A stretch of DNA of 64,000 nucleotides from Squalus acanthias (taxonomy: Eukaryota). The position numbers and the translations under genes were made by a program. A model generated the notes under the pieces. The model searched no databases and was not told the origin of the DNA. It saw nothing but the letters and a program-made list of their open reading frames with translations. Position 1 is the stretch's first letter, and each line of letters begins with the position of its first letter. The stretch lies in the NCBI GenBank assembly GCA_030390025.1, contig CM059432.1, positions 10,726,001 through 10,790,000 of the forward strand. The letters run 5' to 3'. This document shows, piece by piece, positions 40,501 through 52,268 of the stretch.

Positions 40501-42002
40501 TAAGTCCTTGAGCACCGAAAGCCGGGTGGAGGGATACCTGTGACCATTAAGTGTTATTTCAACCATACAAAAGCCAGAAATTCTGGTATTAAGTGATGAC
40601 TGAGCCATCGCAATTGCCTGGTCCGATGGGAAAACATGTAGCTTTAACTCTGCAACAATCTGTTCCCTAATGAAACTATCAGTGCTACCTGAGTCAATTA
40701 AGGCATCTAAAGTATGTCCATTAATTGATGCTTTTGTAGCTGCATGGAATAGGTTCTGAGGACAAGCAGCTGTAATTGGTGTCGTTGCACAAAGAGTGGC
40801 TGAAACTCTAGGTGTGTTTCTTCGAGAGAAAACCCGAGAGGAAGCACGATAGATTTTAGCCGGAACATCTTGATAGGCCCTTACCGGGGCAGTTCGGTAG
40901 GACTTAGCTTGATAAGCCCTCGTAGAGGCTCTTGATAGGCAAACCTTTGCAAAATGACCCTTTTTGTTGCAATGACTGCAAAACGCATTGCGAGCAGGGC
41001 AGAATTTCCGAGGGTGAAACTCATCACCACAAAAGAAGCATTTCTTAGATTGCCAAGAGGCTGCCACAGTGGGGTCATCATCCTCTTCATCAGTGAAGTC
41101 ATCAGATTGATCGTCAGGGATAAAGTCCTCCCTAATAGAGTTCACCTGTGGCCTCTTAAATTGCCTGACTGTAGTTAAGGTAGCAGACCAAGGTCTGGGC
41201 ACTGTATAAAGGTCTGCATTTCTTTTTGCCAGATCTAGAGAGCAAGCCATGTCATAAGCTCTCTGAAGCTCAAGTGTCTTACTTTCCAGTAGACGCTGGC
41301 GTATAAATGGGGAGGCAAGCCCGCAGATGAAAGCATCACGGATCATTTCTTCACGGTACAGCTCAGCTGAGGCCGCCTGAAAGTTACAGTCCATACTAAG
41401 TCTGCGAAGCTCTTGGAGGAATTTATCAATGGATTCCTCCGGCCCTTGTTGGGCTGTAGCTAGTAGATGTCTGGCATAGACCTCATTCGGTGTCTTAGTA
41501 TATAGTCTTTTAAGCGTCCGAATTGCCTCCTCGTAACTGCCCCATTCCTCGACATACTGAAATACATTCGGGGTGACACAGTTGATGAGTATCCGCAATT
41601 TTGAGTCATCATCAGCCTTGCAATATTCGAGAAAATTGTCAAACGTACGATACCAGTGTTTCCACACCTTACCGGCTGCTGGGGTGTTTGGGTCCAAGTC
41701 AAGACGCGATGGTTTAAGGATGTTTTCCATGATGGGTGATTCCCTGGATCCTTAGTTCCGAGTTCGTCCAAAAAGTTTGAGTGCGAAGTTTTCCAAAGTT
41801 GATTAAATTGTCGTAAGAATGAGCCTTACGCGTGGTGAACTTAAAGTAAGCTTTAATCAACTAAAAAGGTGCTACATACAAAAGAGGTCTTACTCTATGC
41901 CTCTCCAGGATCCAACTGATCAGCCCAGTATTTATCCTGGACTAATCACAGGAAGTGATGTAATAAAGTTCAAGTCACAGGAAGCTGTATTGTGTTACCA
42001 CA
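37522..42002 (-). mobile_element. Full-length Ty3/Gypsy LTR retrotransposon (Mag-like), 4481 bp
   Basis: LTRs 41809-42002 (5') and 37522-37715 (3'), TG...CA, 1 mismatch in 194 bp; CTCTG TSD at 37517-37521 and 42003-42007; PPT at 37716-37728. Confidence 0.97.
37780..41730 (-). pseudogene. Single gag-pol frame (~1316 codons: Gag, two CCHC knuckles, PR, RT, RNase H, IN) broken by one in-frame TAG at 39988-39990
   Basis: ORFs 39988-41730 and 37780-39918 are in the same frame; LIDSGS protease, LCIDY/DLKSAY/PFG/YLDN RT, ECDAS/EKEA/ITDQ RNase H, HHCC and D-D-E integrase; no chromodomain. Confidence 0.93.
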
Positions 42003-43002
42003 CTCTGCATTGTAGAGAAGCTCCACAAATGATGGCACTGGAATCTGCTGTTATGCCTATCATCTGCCACACATCTTCTGAGAGTCTTTCATATGGCTCT
42101 GAGACTTTTCAAGCATTTGCCTTTTCATAGAAGAACCCCTGAGATCATCATCTAAATGCTCAATTGGCAGAGTCTGACATTTCCTCAGCCTCCACTCAGG
42201 AACATTAGACTCCAAATCCAATACTTCATCTTCTGGCTTCCTTGTGAGTTGTGAATCACACCCTTTATCAATTACTCATCTAGATTATCTGTATCACCCC
42301 GAGTTAACCAATCTGGGCTGGTGAGTACAAGTGATTGGGTTCATAATGGAGTGGGTCAATTTCCGTTGGGAGTGCCGGATGTTGAAGGTTCTGGCATTGG
42401 TTCCTTCTCTCTCTCTGCCGCATCTTTCTTGCTTCCAGATATTGTGCAGATAAGAAGAGTGAGAAATATAGTGACTTTCCTGCTATCGATTGTTAGCCTG
42501 AAATAAGGGTCTCCTCAAAGTATAAGCCTCAAGACAGAGAAACCTTGTCTGATCTTTGGCCATCAGCACTTAGTGCAAATCATCTGTGGGAGCAGGCCCC
42601 TCCCACCCATCTCTCCATCCCCCTACAGCATTATCTGAGTGATTCCCAGGATGTCCTCTGTCTCCTCCCCCCACCGTAACCCATCCTTCTCAGGAGTTGT
42701 GTCCAATCTTTTCCTGCATGGCAAAAGAATGCTTCTTATTGTAAGTCACAGACTGCTTAATTTGACAATTATTTGAGAATGATCATCTCTTATGGAATTC
42801 TCACAGAAATAGGAAGGCTTCAATGGGCATGCATTGCAGGATGGCGTATCCACTTCATTGAAATCTTACCTGTGTGGTTGTCTCTACAGATCGTTTAATG
42901 CACAGTATGATATCCCTAGATTTGAGAATGCAATTTTAGGGTCAATATAGGTCAACTGCCTGAAACATCAAAAATATACATTACTTGCAGCCATCAAACT
43001 TA

Positions 43003-43250
43003 CCTTTGTTCTCCTTGTGAGGTCATTAAATCTCACCCAGCATTAGAGAGGTGTCCTAGGGGTTAGGGATTTGCCACTCACTACCTGTGCCACTATCTTC
43101 CACATGCTCCTGGGTGCTTTACTGGCATTTCTCGTGCCACCTATTCCACTATTCCATTCGCCTCTCCCCATGCCTACTCTCAGTTAGAATAATATTAGCA
43201 TCATTCTCCGAGAAGTTTGAGGCTCTGCTTTTTCTGGTTTCTTTTTGATC
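43003..43250 (-). pseudogene. Decayed Myb/SANT-like DNA-binding exon of a PIF/Harbinger transposon
   Basis: RKSRASNFSENDANIIL.. (frameshift) ..MWKIVAQVVSGKSLTPRTPL*CWVRFNDLTRRTK followed by GTAAG; downstream EPSTSG low-complexity segment at ~42370. Confidence 0.65.
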
Positions 43251-43284
43251 CAAGGTTTCAGATTGCAGCCTGCTTGTTAAGAAT

Positions 43285-43833
43285 ATAAGAACATAAGAAA
43301 TAGGAGCAGGAGTAGACCATTCGGCCCCTCCAGCTTGCCCCACCATTCAATAAAATCATGGCTGATCTTCGACCTCAACTCCACTTTCCTGCACTATCTC
43401 CATATCCCCTGATTCCCTTAATATCCAAAAATCTATCGATCTCTACTCAATGACTGAGCCTCCACAGCCCTCTGGGGTAGAGAATTCCAAAGATTCACCA
43501 CCCTCTGAGTGAAGAAATTTCTCTTCATCTCAGTCCTAAATGGCCGACCCCTTAATCTGTGACTGTGACCCCTGGTTCTAGACTCCCCAGCCAGGGGAGA
43601 CATCCTCCCTGCATCTACTCTGTCAAGCCCTGTAAGAATTTTGTATGTTTCAATGAGATCACCTCTTATTCTTCTAAACTCCAGAGAATATAGGCCTAGT
43701 CTACTTAATCTCTCCTCATAGGACAATCCCCCCTATCCCAGGAATCAGTCTGATGAACCTTTGTTGCACTCCCTCTATGGCAAGTATATCCTTCCTTAGG
43801 TAAGGAGACCAAAACTGTACACAATACTCCAGG
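43285..43833 (-). mobile_element. CR1 3' fragment
   Basis: ORFs 43433-43726 and part of 43716-43934; (TTCTTATG) tail. Confidence 0.9.
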
Positions 43834-44065
43834 TTCTTCTTTAAGAGCACTTGAACTTCAAATCCTGCATGCTGTGCCCTTAAGTGCTTCCTCCCCACCC
43901 CGGCCCCAAGTATTTTCCGGTCCTCCCAGTGCAAGTAGCCAACTGCTGGTGGGAAACCCGCCTATATCTTGCCCAGCAATATTGAAATGAATTGACCATG
44001 GAATTTCCAACAGGGTCAATGTTGGGGCTATTGAGCAATTTGAAGAACCACACCTCCACACTTAC

Positions 44066-44234
44066 AGCAGCTGATCGCGGGACTCAGAAATCCAGGGTCA
44101 AATAATATGTCAACAACTTTCTGCTTTACATCTTCAAAGCTTTGATTTCTTTGTCCAGTGCTTTGTAATAATCGCTCAAATGTCTGGTACATTCGCTGCC
44201 AGATCAATGCTGCTGAAAATGAAGCCATGCCTAT
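44066..44234 (-). other. Candidate exon of an unidentified gene (MASFSAALIWQRMYQTFERLLQ...LSPAISC)
   Basis: Pyrimidine-rich TTCCACAG acceptor, GTAAGT donor, one open frame, non-repetitive context; no homolog recognised. Confidence 0.35.
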
Positions 44235-45337
44235 CTGTGGAACAGTAGCAGAGCAAATTTATTCCAGCTTATCTTTTTGTTAGGATCTTAAAAGTTCCAA
44301 GTATGTAGGAGGGCACAATACCTCAATATCCGTACAACACCCTGCCAAAGGTCAATTCTAGGGATCTGGAGCACTGGTCCACTCTTCACATCTTATCGCT
44401 ATCACAAGTAAGTATTAAAATGGCTTAAATTCTCAGATTGGAAACATTTATTTTAAATGTTTTCTGTTACCATTCCTCTTGCAACAATAATTCAATTGAA
44501 TCCTCACCAAATTTATTTGGATGGTAAGAAAGCTTGGATCTAACTCAAAATAATCTCTTTCGCACAAATATCTCGAACCTTCCATTTCTAATGTAAAATT
44601 CCTATTACTGGGCAACCCAGCTCAACCCAGAATAATTTAAACCAACAACCAATGAGAAAGTCATTTCATGTTTATACAGGAATCTTGTTAGCACGCACAA
44701 GTCAATTTCTTAAACCTTGCTGCGATCATAAAGGGGCAGCTTCCTGCATGATGTGCAATCTGTTCATGCAATATACAATCACAGGGTGATTAATATTGAT
44801 TAGACATTTGACGTTATCTTTTAGGAACAAAACAAATCTGATTTTTGCTGGGGAGTCTGGAATTCAGGTTTAAAATCTAAGCAGATAAAAATTGTTCAGT
44901 TCAATTAGCTTATCTCAAATAATTCAATTAAGCCTACTTAACAGCTAGCCATAGAATTTAAGCTGGATAAATCTTTCTTTAAGTCCCGACATGTACGACA
45001 GCTCCTTATACAAAACTGTATAGGGATATTCTATCTATTCCAGGCTCATTCTTCATAAAGAACAGGGACTAAACCACATAAAAACTTGTACTGGATGGTC
45101 CACAGATTACAAACCAACAAAAACTTGTATTTATATAGCGCCTTTAAAGTAGTAAAATGTCCGAAGGAGAGAGAAAAAGAAAGAAAGAAAGAAAGTCCCA
45201 ACGCGGCAGCCAATTTGCACACAGCAAGCTCCCACAAACAGCATTGTGATAATGACCAGATAATCTGTTTTTGCTATGTTGATTGAGGGATAAATATTGG
45301 CCAAGACACTGGGGCTAGCTCCCCTGCTCTTCTTTGA

Positions 45338-45888
45338 AACAGCTGGAATACTGTGTGCAGTTCTGGTCACCACACTATAGGAGGGATGTGATTGCATTGG
45401 AGAGGGTGCAGAGGAGATTCACCAGGATGTTACCTGGGCTGGAGTGCTTCAGCTATGAGGAGAGACTGGACAGGTTGGGGTTGTTTTCCTTAGAGCAGAG
45501 AAGGCTGAGGGGGGACCTGATTGAGGTGTACAAAATTATGAGGGGCATAGATAGAATAGATAGAAAGGAACTTTTCCCCTTAGTAGAGGGGTCAATAACC
45601 ATGGGGCATAGTTTCAAGGTAAGGGGCAGGAGGTTTAGAGAGGATTTAAGGAAAAACTTTTTCACCCAGAGGGTGGTTGGAATCTGGAACTCACTGCCTG
45701 AAAGGGTGGTAGAGGCAGGAACCCTCACAACATTCAAGAAGCATTTAGATGAGCACTTGAAACGCCATAGCATACAAGGCTACAGACCAAGTGCTGGAAA
45801 ATGGGATTAGAATAGACAGGGCTTGATGGCTGGCGCGGACACGATGGGCCGAAGGGCCTCTTTCTGTGCTGTATAACTCTATGACTCT
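45338..45888 (+). mobile_element. CR1 3' fragment inserted in a Deu-SINE
   Basis: ORF 45334-45810; the SINE halves flank it. Confidence 0.9.
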
Positions 45889-46984
45889 GAGTGCCATGGG
45901 ATCTTTTACATCCACCTGAGTGAGCAGACAGGGCCTGGGTTTAACATCTCATCTGAAAGACGGCACCTCCGTCAGTGCAGCACTCCCTCAGTACCGCACT
46001 GGAGTGTCAGCCTAGATTTTTGTGCTCAAGTCGTTGGAGTATTGAACTCACAACCATCTGACTCAGAGGCAAGGGTGCTACCAACTGAGCCATGGCTGAT
46101 ACTATAAGGTGATATTGGGGCAGGTGACCAAAAGCTTGGTCAAAGGGGTAGGTTTTAAGGAGCGTCTTAAAGGAGGAAAGAGAGGTAGAGAGACGGAGAG
46201 GTTTAAAGAGAGAATTCCAGAGCATAGGGCCTAGGCAGCTGAAAACATGGCCGCCAATGGTGGAGCAATTGAAACCGGGGATGAGCAAGAGGCCAGAATT
46301 GGAGGAGCACAGATATCTCGGAGGGTTAAAGAAAGAAAGAAAGACTTGCATTTATATAGCGCCTTTTATGACCACCGGACGTCCCAAAGCGCTTTACAGC
46401 CAATGAAGTATTTTTCGAAGTAGCGTCACTGTTGTAATGTAGCAAACGGGGCAGCCAATATGTGCACAGCAAGCTCCCACAAACAGCAATGTGATAATGA
46501 CCAGGTAATCTGTTTTTTTTTAGTGATATTGATTTAGGGATAAATATTGGCCAGGACACCGGGGATAAATAGTGCCATAGGATCTTTTACATCCACCTGA
46601 GAGAGCAGACGGGGCCTCGGTTTAATGTCTCATCGGAAAGATGTTGTAGTGCTGGAGGAGATTACAGAGATAGGGAGGGTGGCGAAGCCACGGAGGGACT
46701 TTTGAAAACAAGGATGAGAATTTTAAAATTGAGGTGTTGCTTAACCGGAGTTGATTGAGGGATAAATATTGGGGAAAACTCCAAACTGTGAAGTGGACAA
46801 GCTGCCATGGCTCTACAAAAGTTGAGCACAAACTGCTCCGGCTTTTGAACTTGACAAGACTTTTTCCTGCTTGCCTTCTTTTAACTCCCCTGCCACCCCA
46901 CACTGCCTGTGATGTAACATTGCCAACTCCAGTACACACGTGGAGCCAAGTCAATCAAGGGAAGAGACAGGCAAATTGGGAGGG

Positions 46985-47465
46985 TGGAGCGGGACCTGGC
47001 GCGGAGCATTCTGGGAGGTGTAGTCCGACGGCCGCGGGCCTCCCAGGAGCCGGGCCGGGTGGCGGACTACAATACCCGGAGTTCCGCGCGGCCCCGCTGG
47101 CCGACGCATGCGCGGTGGCGGCCCGGGGGAGTGGAGGCAGCCGCCATCTGCTTTTGCCGAGCTGGAGCGTGGAGTCGGTGAGAGTCTGCGAGCGGCGGCC
47201 TGGAGGGCGGCATAAAGACCAATATAAAATAAAAACACTCCTCCGCTCGCTCGGAAGGTGATGCGGGTTTTAATTACGGGTAAGAGGGGTGGTTTTAAAA
47301 ATGACAAGGCAAGACGGGATGGTGTTTCTCCTCCCCTCACACCGGAGCTGTGTGTGTGTGTGTGGGGAGCGGCCAAGGCCCGAGTCAGGCGGCCCTTTAA
47401 CCTAGGGGGGAGGAGAAGGCCCCTGCTCAGGGAGGTGGTCTGGTGCAGCAGGGTCACCCCGGCCT
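46985..47465. promoter_or_regulatory. CpG-island promoter, probably of the FAM210A-like gene (non-coding exon 1 with donor near 47178 or 47257)
   Basis: CpG-dense; ZNF143 SBS ACTACACCTCCCAGAATGC (minus, 47006-47024) and a second ACTACA at 47066; NRF1 CGCATGCGC 47105-47113; YY1 GCCGCCATCT ~47140. Confidence 0.75.
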
Positions 47466-48177
47466 AAAGCAATGTCTGCCATGCCCTTTATAACCCAGCA
47501 GATCTGGAGTGGGTGGGTGCTGGCTGGTATTCTTTCCCCAAGGTTAAAGAAAGAACAGACTTGCATTTATATAGCGCCTTTCACGACCACCGGACGTCTC
47601 AAAGCGCTTTACAGCCAATTAAGTACTTTTTTTTTTCCTGAAGTGTTGTCATGTGGGGGAAAGGCGGCAGCCAATTTGCGCACAGCAAGCTCCCGCAAAC
47701 TGCAGTGTCATCATGACCAGATCATCTGTTTTTTGAGATTGAGCAATATATATGTTGGCCCCAGGCCACCGGGTCTAACTCCCTTGTTCTTCTTCCAGTA
47801 GTGACCGTGGGATCTTTTACGCCCACCTGAGGGGCAGCCGGGGACCTCGGTTTAACGTCTCATCCGAAAGACAGCGCCTCCGACAGTGCAGCACTCCCTC
47901 AGCACTGCACTGGGAGTGTCAGCCTAGATTTTTGTGCTCAAGTCCCTGGAGTGGGACTTGAACCCACAACCTTCTGACTCAGGCAAGAGTGCTGCCCACT
48001 GAGCCACGGCTGACGCCGAGCTCCCACAAACAGCAATGTGATAATGATCCGGCATTGGCCTGGATTTTGCGGTCAGTGGTGAAGGGACGGCGCTCGCCGC
48101 TGGCCTCAAAAAGCTGCCCACAATGATTTAGTCGGCTCTAGAGTGCTGATTTCCTCTATTCTGATGTAACTTTGAAT

Positions 48178-49640
48178 CAACAACAACAAGTTGTATTTAT
48201 ATAGCACCTTTAACGTAGTAAAATGATCCACGGCGCTTCACAGGAATGTTAAAAGACAAAAAAATTGATACCGAGCCACATAAGGAGAAATTAGGGCAGG
48301 TGGCCAAAAGCTTGGTCAAAGAGGTAGGTAGCGTCTTAAAGGAGGAAAGAGAGGTAGTGAGGCGGAGAGGTTTAGGCAGAGAATTCCAGAGCTTAGGGCT
48401 GAGGCAACAGAAGGCACGGCCACCAATGGTTGAGCAACTATAATCGGGGATGCTCAGAGGCCAGAATTAGAGGAGCGCTGATATCTCGGGCGGTGTTGTG
48501 GGGCTGAAGGAGATTACAGAGATAGGGAGGGGCGAGGCAATGGAGGGATTTGAAAACAAGGATGAGAATTTTGAAATCGAGGCGTTGCTTAACCGGGAGC
48601 CAATATAGGTCAGCGAGCACAGGGGTGATGGGTGAACGGGACTTGGTGCGAGTTAGGACACGGGCAGCCAAGTTTTGGATGACCTCAAGTTTACGTAGGG
48701 TAGAATGTGGGAGGCCAGCCAGGAGTGCATTGGAATAGTCAAGTCTAGAGGTAACAAAGGCTTGGATGAGGGTTTCAGCAGCGGATAAGCTGAGGCAAGG
48801 GTGGAGACGGGCGATGTTAGAGATGGAAATAGGCAGTCTTTGTTATGCTGTGGATATGTGGTCGGAAGCTCATTTCAGGGTTAAATATGACACCAAGGTT
48901 GCGAACAGTGTGGTTCAGCCTCAGACAGATGTTAGAGAGAGGGATGGAGTCAGTGGCTAGGGAACGGAGTTTGTGGCGGGGACCGAAAACAATGGCTTCG
49001 GTCTTCCCAATATTTAATTGGAGAAAATTTCTGCTCATCCAGAACTGGATATCGGACAAGCAGTCTGACAATTTAGAGGTCATGATGCGGAGATGCCGGT
49101 GTTGGACTGGGGTGGACAAAAATGAGCAGTCGCACAACACCAGGTTATAGTCCAACAGTTTTATTTTAAATTACGAGCTTTCGGAGCGCTGCTCCTTCAC
49201 CTGAAGAAGGAGCAGCGCTCCGAAAGCTCGTAATTTTAAATAAAACTGTTGGACTATAACCTGGTGTTGTGCGACTTCTCATTTTTGACAATTTAGAGAC
49301 CATGGAGGGGTTGAGAGAAGTGGTGGTGCGGTAGAACTGGGTGTTGTCAGTGTACATGTGGAAACTGATGCTGTCTTTTCAGAAGATGTCGCCAAGGGGC
49401 AACATGTAGATGAGAAATAGGAGGGGACCAAGGATAGATCCTTGGGGAACACCAGAAGTAACGATGCGGGAGCGGGAAGAGAAGCCGTTGCAGGTGATTC
49501 TCTGGCTACGATTAGATAGATAAGAATGGAACCAGGCGAGTGCAGTCCCACCCAGCTGGACGACGGTGGAGAAGGATGGAGTGGTCAACCGTGTCAAAGG
49601 CTGCAGACAAGGAGAGATACTTTACCTTTGTCACAGTCAC
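48178..49640 (-). mobile_element. L2 LINE fragment (RT to 3' end)
   Basis: [50 protein letters not shown] motifs. Confidence 0.9.
49084..49285. mobile_element. Short Penelope-type fold-back element with hammerhead motif (same family as 24494-25000)
   Basis: Same 5' leader; inverted arms ~49117-49287; ~18-bp target duplication TGACAATTTAGAG..CAT; CUGAAGA...GAAAGCUC at 49201-49229. Confidence 0.8.
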
Positions 49641-49644
49641 AAAG

Positions 49645-49963
49645 AACAGAACTAGAGGACATCATTTAAGGATAAGGGCTAAACCATTTAGGACAGAAAT
49701 GAGGGGGAATTTCTTCACTCAGAGGGTGGTGAACCTGTGGAACTCATTGCCACAGAGGGCAGTGTACACCAGCTCATTAAATATATTTAAGAGGGAATTA
49801 GATATATTTCTACAGGCAAAAGGGGTTAAGGGTTACGGAGAGAAGGCGGGGACGGGATACTGAATTGGAGGATCAGCCATGATCTCATTAAATGGCGGAG
49901 CAGGCTCGAAGGGCCGGATGGCCTACTCCTGCTCCTATTTTCTATGTATCTATGTATCTATGT
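49645..49963 (+). mobile_element. CR1 3' fragment
   Basis: RTRGHHLRIR..NFFTQRVV; (TATCTATG) tail. Confidence 0.88.
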
Positions 49964-50319
49964 AAAGGATGTCATCACAAAGGATGAATCTTAAGAGAGA
50001 AAGGAAAAGTAAGAAAATTAACATTTAATTTTTTTTTTTAAATCTCTGCAATTTAATATGCGCACGAATGAAATTGAACAGTTTAATTGGGCTGGAGAAA
50101 TTGAGTGGCATTGCAGGTACATAAATCTCCTAATTAAAAGGGTACTTGCACTGTTAAGTCGCAACCCTAACTTTCTGTGGTGAGTTTCATTGGCAATTAA
50201 TGTACAAATCCAGCAATTTCATGAAACTCAGAGATTGAGGGCGAGCTGCCATTTTCGCGAGGCGAGTGGTGCAAATCATCCAGCAATATGTGGAGATTCA
50301 CAATTCATAGCGTAGCTCT

Positions 50320-52268
50320 TTTTAATTTAATTAGTTCCTGGGATGTGAGCATCGCTGGCAAGGACAGCATTTATTGCCCATCCCTAATTGCCCTCGAGAA
50401 GGCAGTGGTGATCCGCCTTCTTGAACCGCTGCAGTCCGTGTGGTGAAGGTGCTCCCACAGTGCTGTTAGGGAGGGAGTTCCAGGATTCTGACCCAGCGAC
50501 GATGAAGGAACGGCCGATATACTTCCAAGTCAGGATGGTGTGTGACTTGGAGGGGAACTTGCAGGTGGTGGTGTTCCCATACGCCTGCTGCCCTTGTCCT
50601 TCTAGGTGGTAGAGGTAGCAGATTTGGGAGATGCTGACAAAGAAGCCTTGGCGAGTTGCTGCAGTGCATCTTGTAGATGGTACAAACTGCAGCCACGGTG
50701 CGCCGGTGGTGGAGGGAGTGAATGTTTAAGATGATGGATGGGATGTCAATCAAGCGGGCTGCTGTGTCCTGGATGGTGTCGAGCTTCTTGAGTGTTGTTG
50801 GAGCTGCACTCATCCAGGCAAGTGGAGAGTATTTCATCACACTTCTGACTTGTGCCTTGTAGATGGTGGAAAGGCTTTGGGGAGTCAGGAGGTGAGACAC
50901 TCACCGCAGAGTACCCAGCCACTGATGTGCTCTTGTAGTCACAGTATTTATGTGGCTGGTCCAGTTAAGTATCCTGTCAATGGTGACCCCCCCAGGATGT
51001 TAATGGTGGGGGATTCGGCGATGCTAATGCCGTTGAATGTCATGGGGAGGTGGTTAGACTCTCGCTTGTTGGAGATAGTCATTGCCTGGCACGTGTGTGG
51101 CGCGAATATTATTTGCCACTTATCAGCCCAAGCCTGAATGTCATCCAGGTCTTGCTGCATGCGGGCATGGACTGCTTCATTATCTGAGGAGTTGCGAATG
51201 GAACTGAACACTGCAGTCATCAGCGAACATTCCCGCTTCTAACCTTATGATGTGGGGAAGGTCATTAATGAAGCAGCTGAAGATGGTTGGGCCTAGAACA
51301 CTGCCCTGAGGAACTCCTGCAGCGATGTCCTGGGGCTGAGATGATTGACCTCCAATAACCACAATCAGCTTCCTTTGTACAGGAAACTCTTTATTAACCG
51401 GCACCCAAATATCCGGAAATCTCTCTTAACCGGCAAAATTCTTGAGTAGGTAACCGGGGTTTTCCTTCATCTCTCTACACTGGATCGTAGCATTATATGG
51501 GCTAAGTCTTTGCTGAATGCTCGCTGTAAGATCGCTGTAAGATCTGTCACAAGAAGGGAGATGCAGAAATTCTTTAATGTGACCGGGGTTCCTGCACCTG
51601 TGGCCGTGCACCAGGGACTCCTGGATCTGTGGCCATGTACAGGGCTCCCCGTACCTTGGTAGATATAACTCTCCGTTATCCGGACTTTTTGATAAACCGG
51701 CACCACGCCGGTCCCGTCGGTGCCGGTTAATAAAGAGTTTCCTGTACTAGGTATGATTCCAGCCAGTGGATAATATTCCCCCTGATTCCCATTGACTTCA
51801 ATTGTACTAGGGCTCCTTGATTCCACTGTTGGTCAAATGCTGCCTTGATGTCAAGGGCAGTCACTCTCTTCTCACATCGGGAATTCAGCTCCTTTGTCCA
51901 TGTTTGGACCAAGGCTGTAATGAGGTCTGGAGCCGAGTGGCCCTGGCGGAACCCAAACTGAACAACAGTGAGCAGGTTATCGGTGAGTAAGTGCCGCTTG
52001 ATAGCACTGTCGACGACACTTTCCATCACTTTGCTGATGATTGAGAGTAGATTGATGGGGCGGTAACTGGCCGGGTTGGATTTGTCCCGTTTTTTGTGGA
52101 CAGGACATACCTGGGCAGTTTTCCACATTGTCGGGCAGATGCCAGTGTTGTAACTACTGGAACAGCTTGGCTAGAGGCGTGGCTAGTTTTGGAGCACAAG
52201 TCTTCAGCACGACAGCCGGGATGTTGTCGGGGCTTTTGCTGTATCCAGTGTGCTCAGACGTTTCTTGA
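50320..52268 (-). mobile_element. Non-LTR retrotransposon of a second CR1-group family (degraded RT), split by a MITE
   Basis: YRPINLLS, QFGFRQG, ALDIKAAFD, GVPQGSVLGP, MFADD; its 3' tail equals the tail of the second SINE family. Confidence 0.85.
51380..51744. mobile_element. Tc1/mariner (pogo/Tigger-type) MITE
   Basis: Perfect 26-bp TIR CAGGAAACTCTTTATTAACCGGCACC; TA TSD. Confidence 0.88.

Noticed and set aside
46755..47467. Overlapping ORFs in the CpG island
   Set aside because: Expected from stop-poor GC-rich DNA; no recognisable protein.
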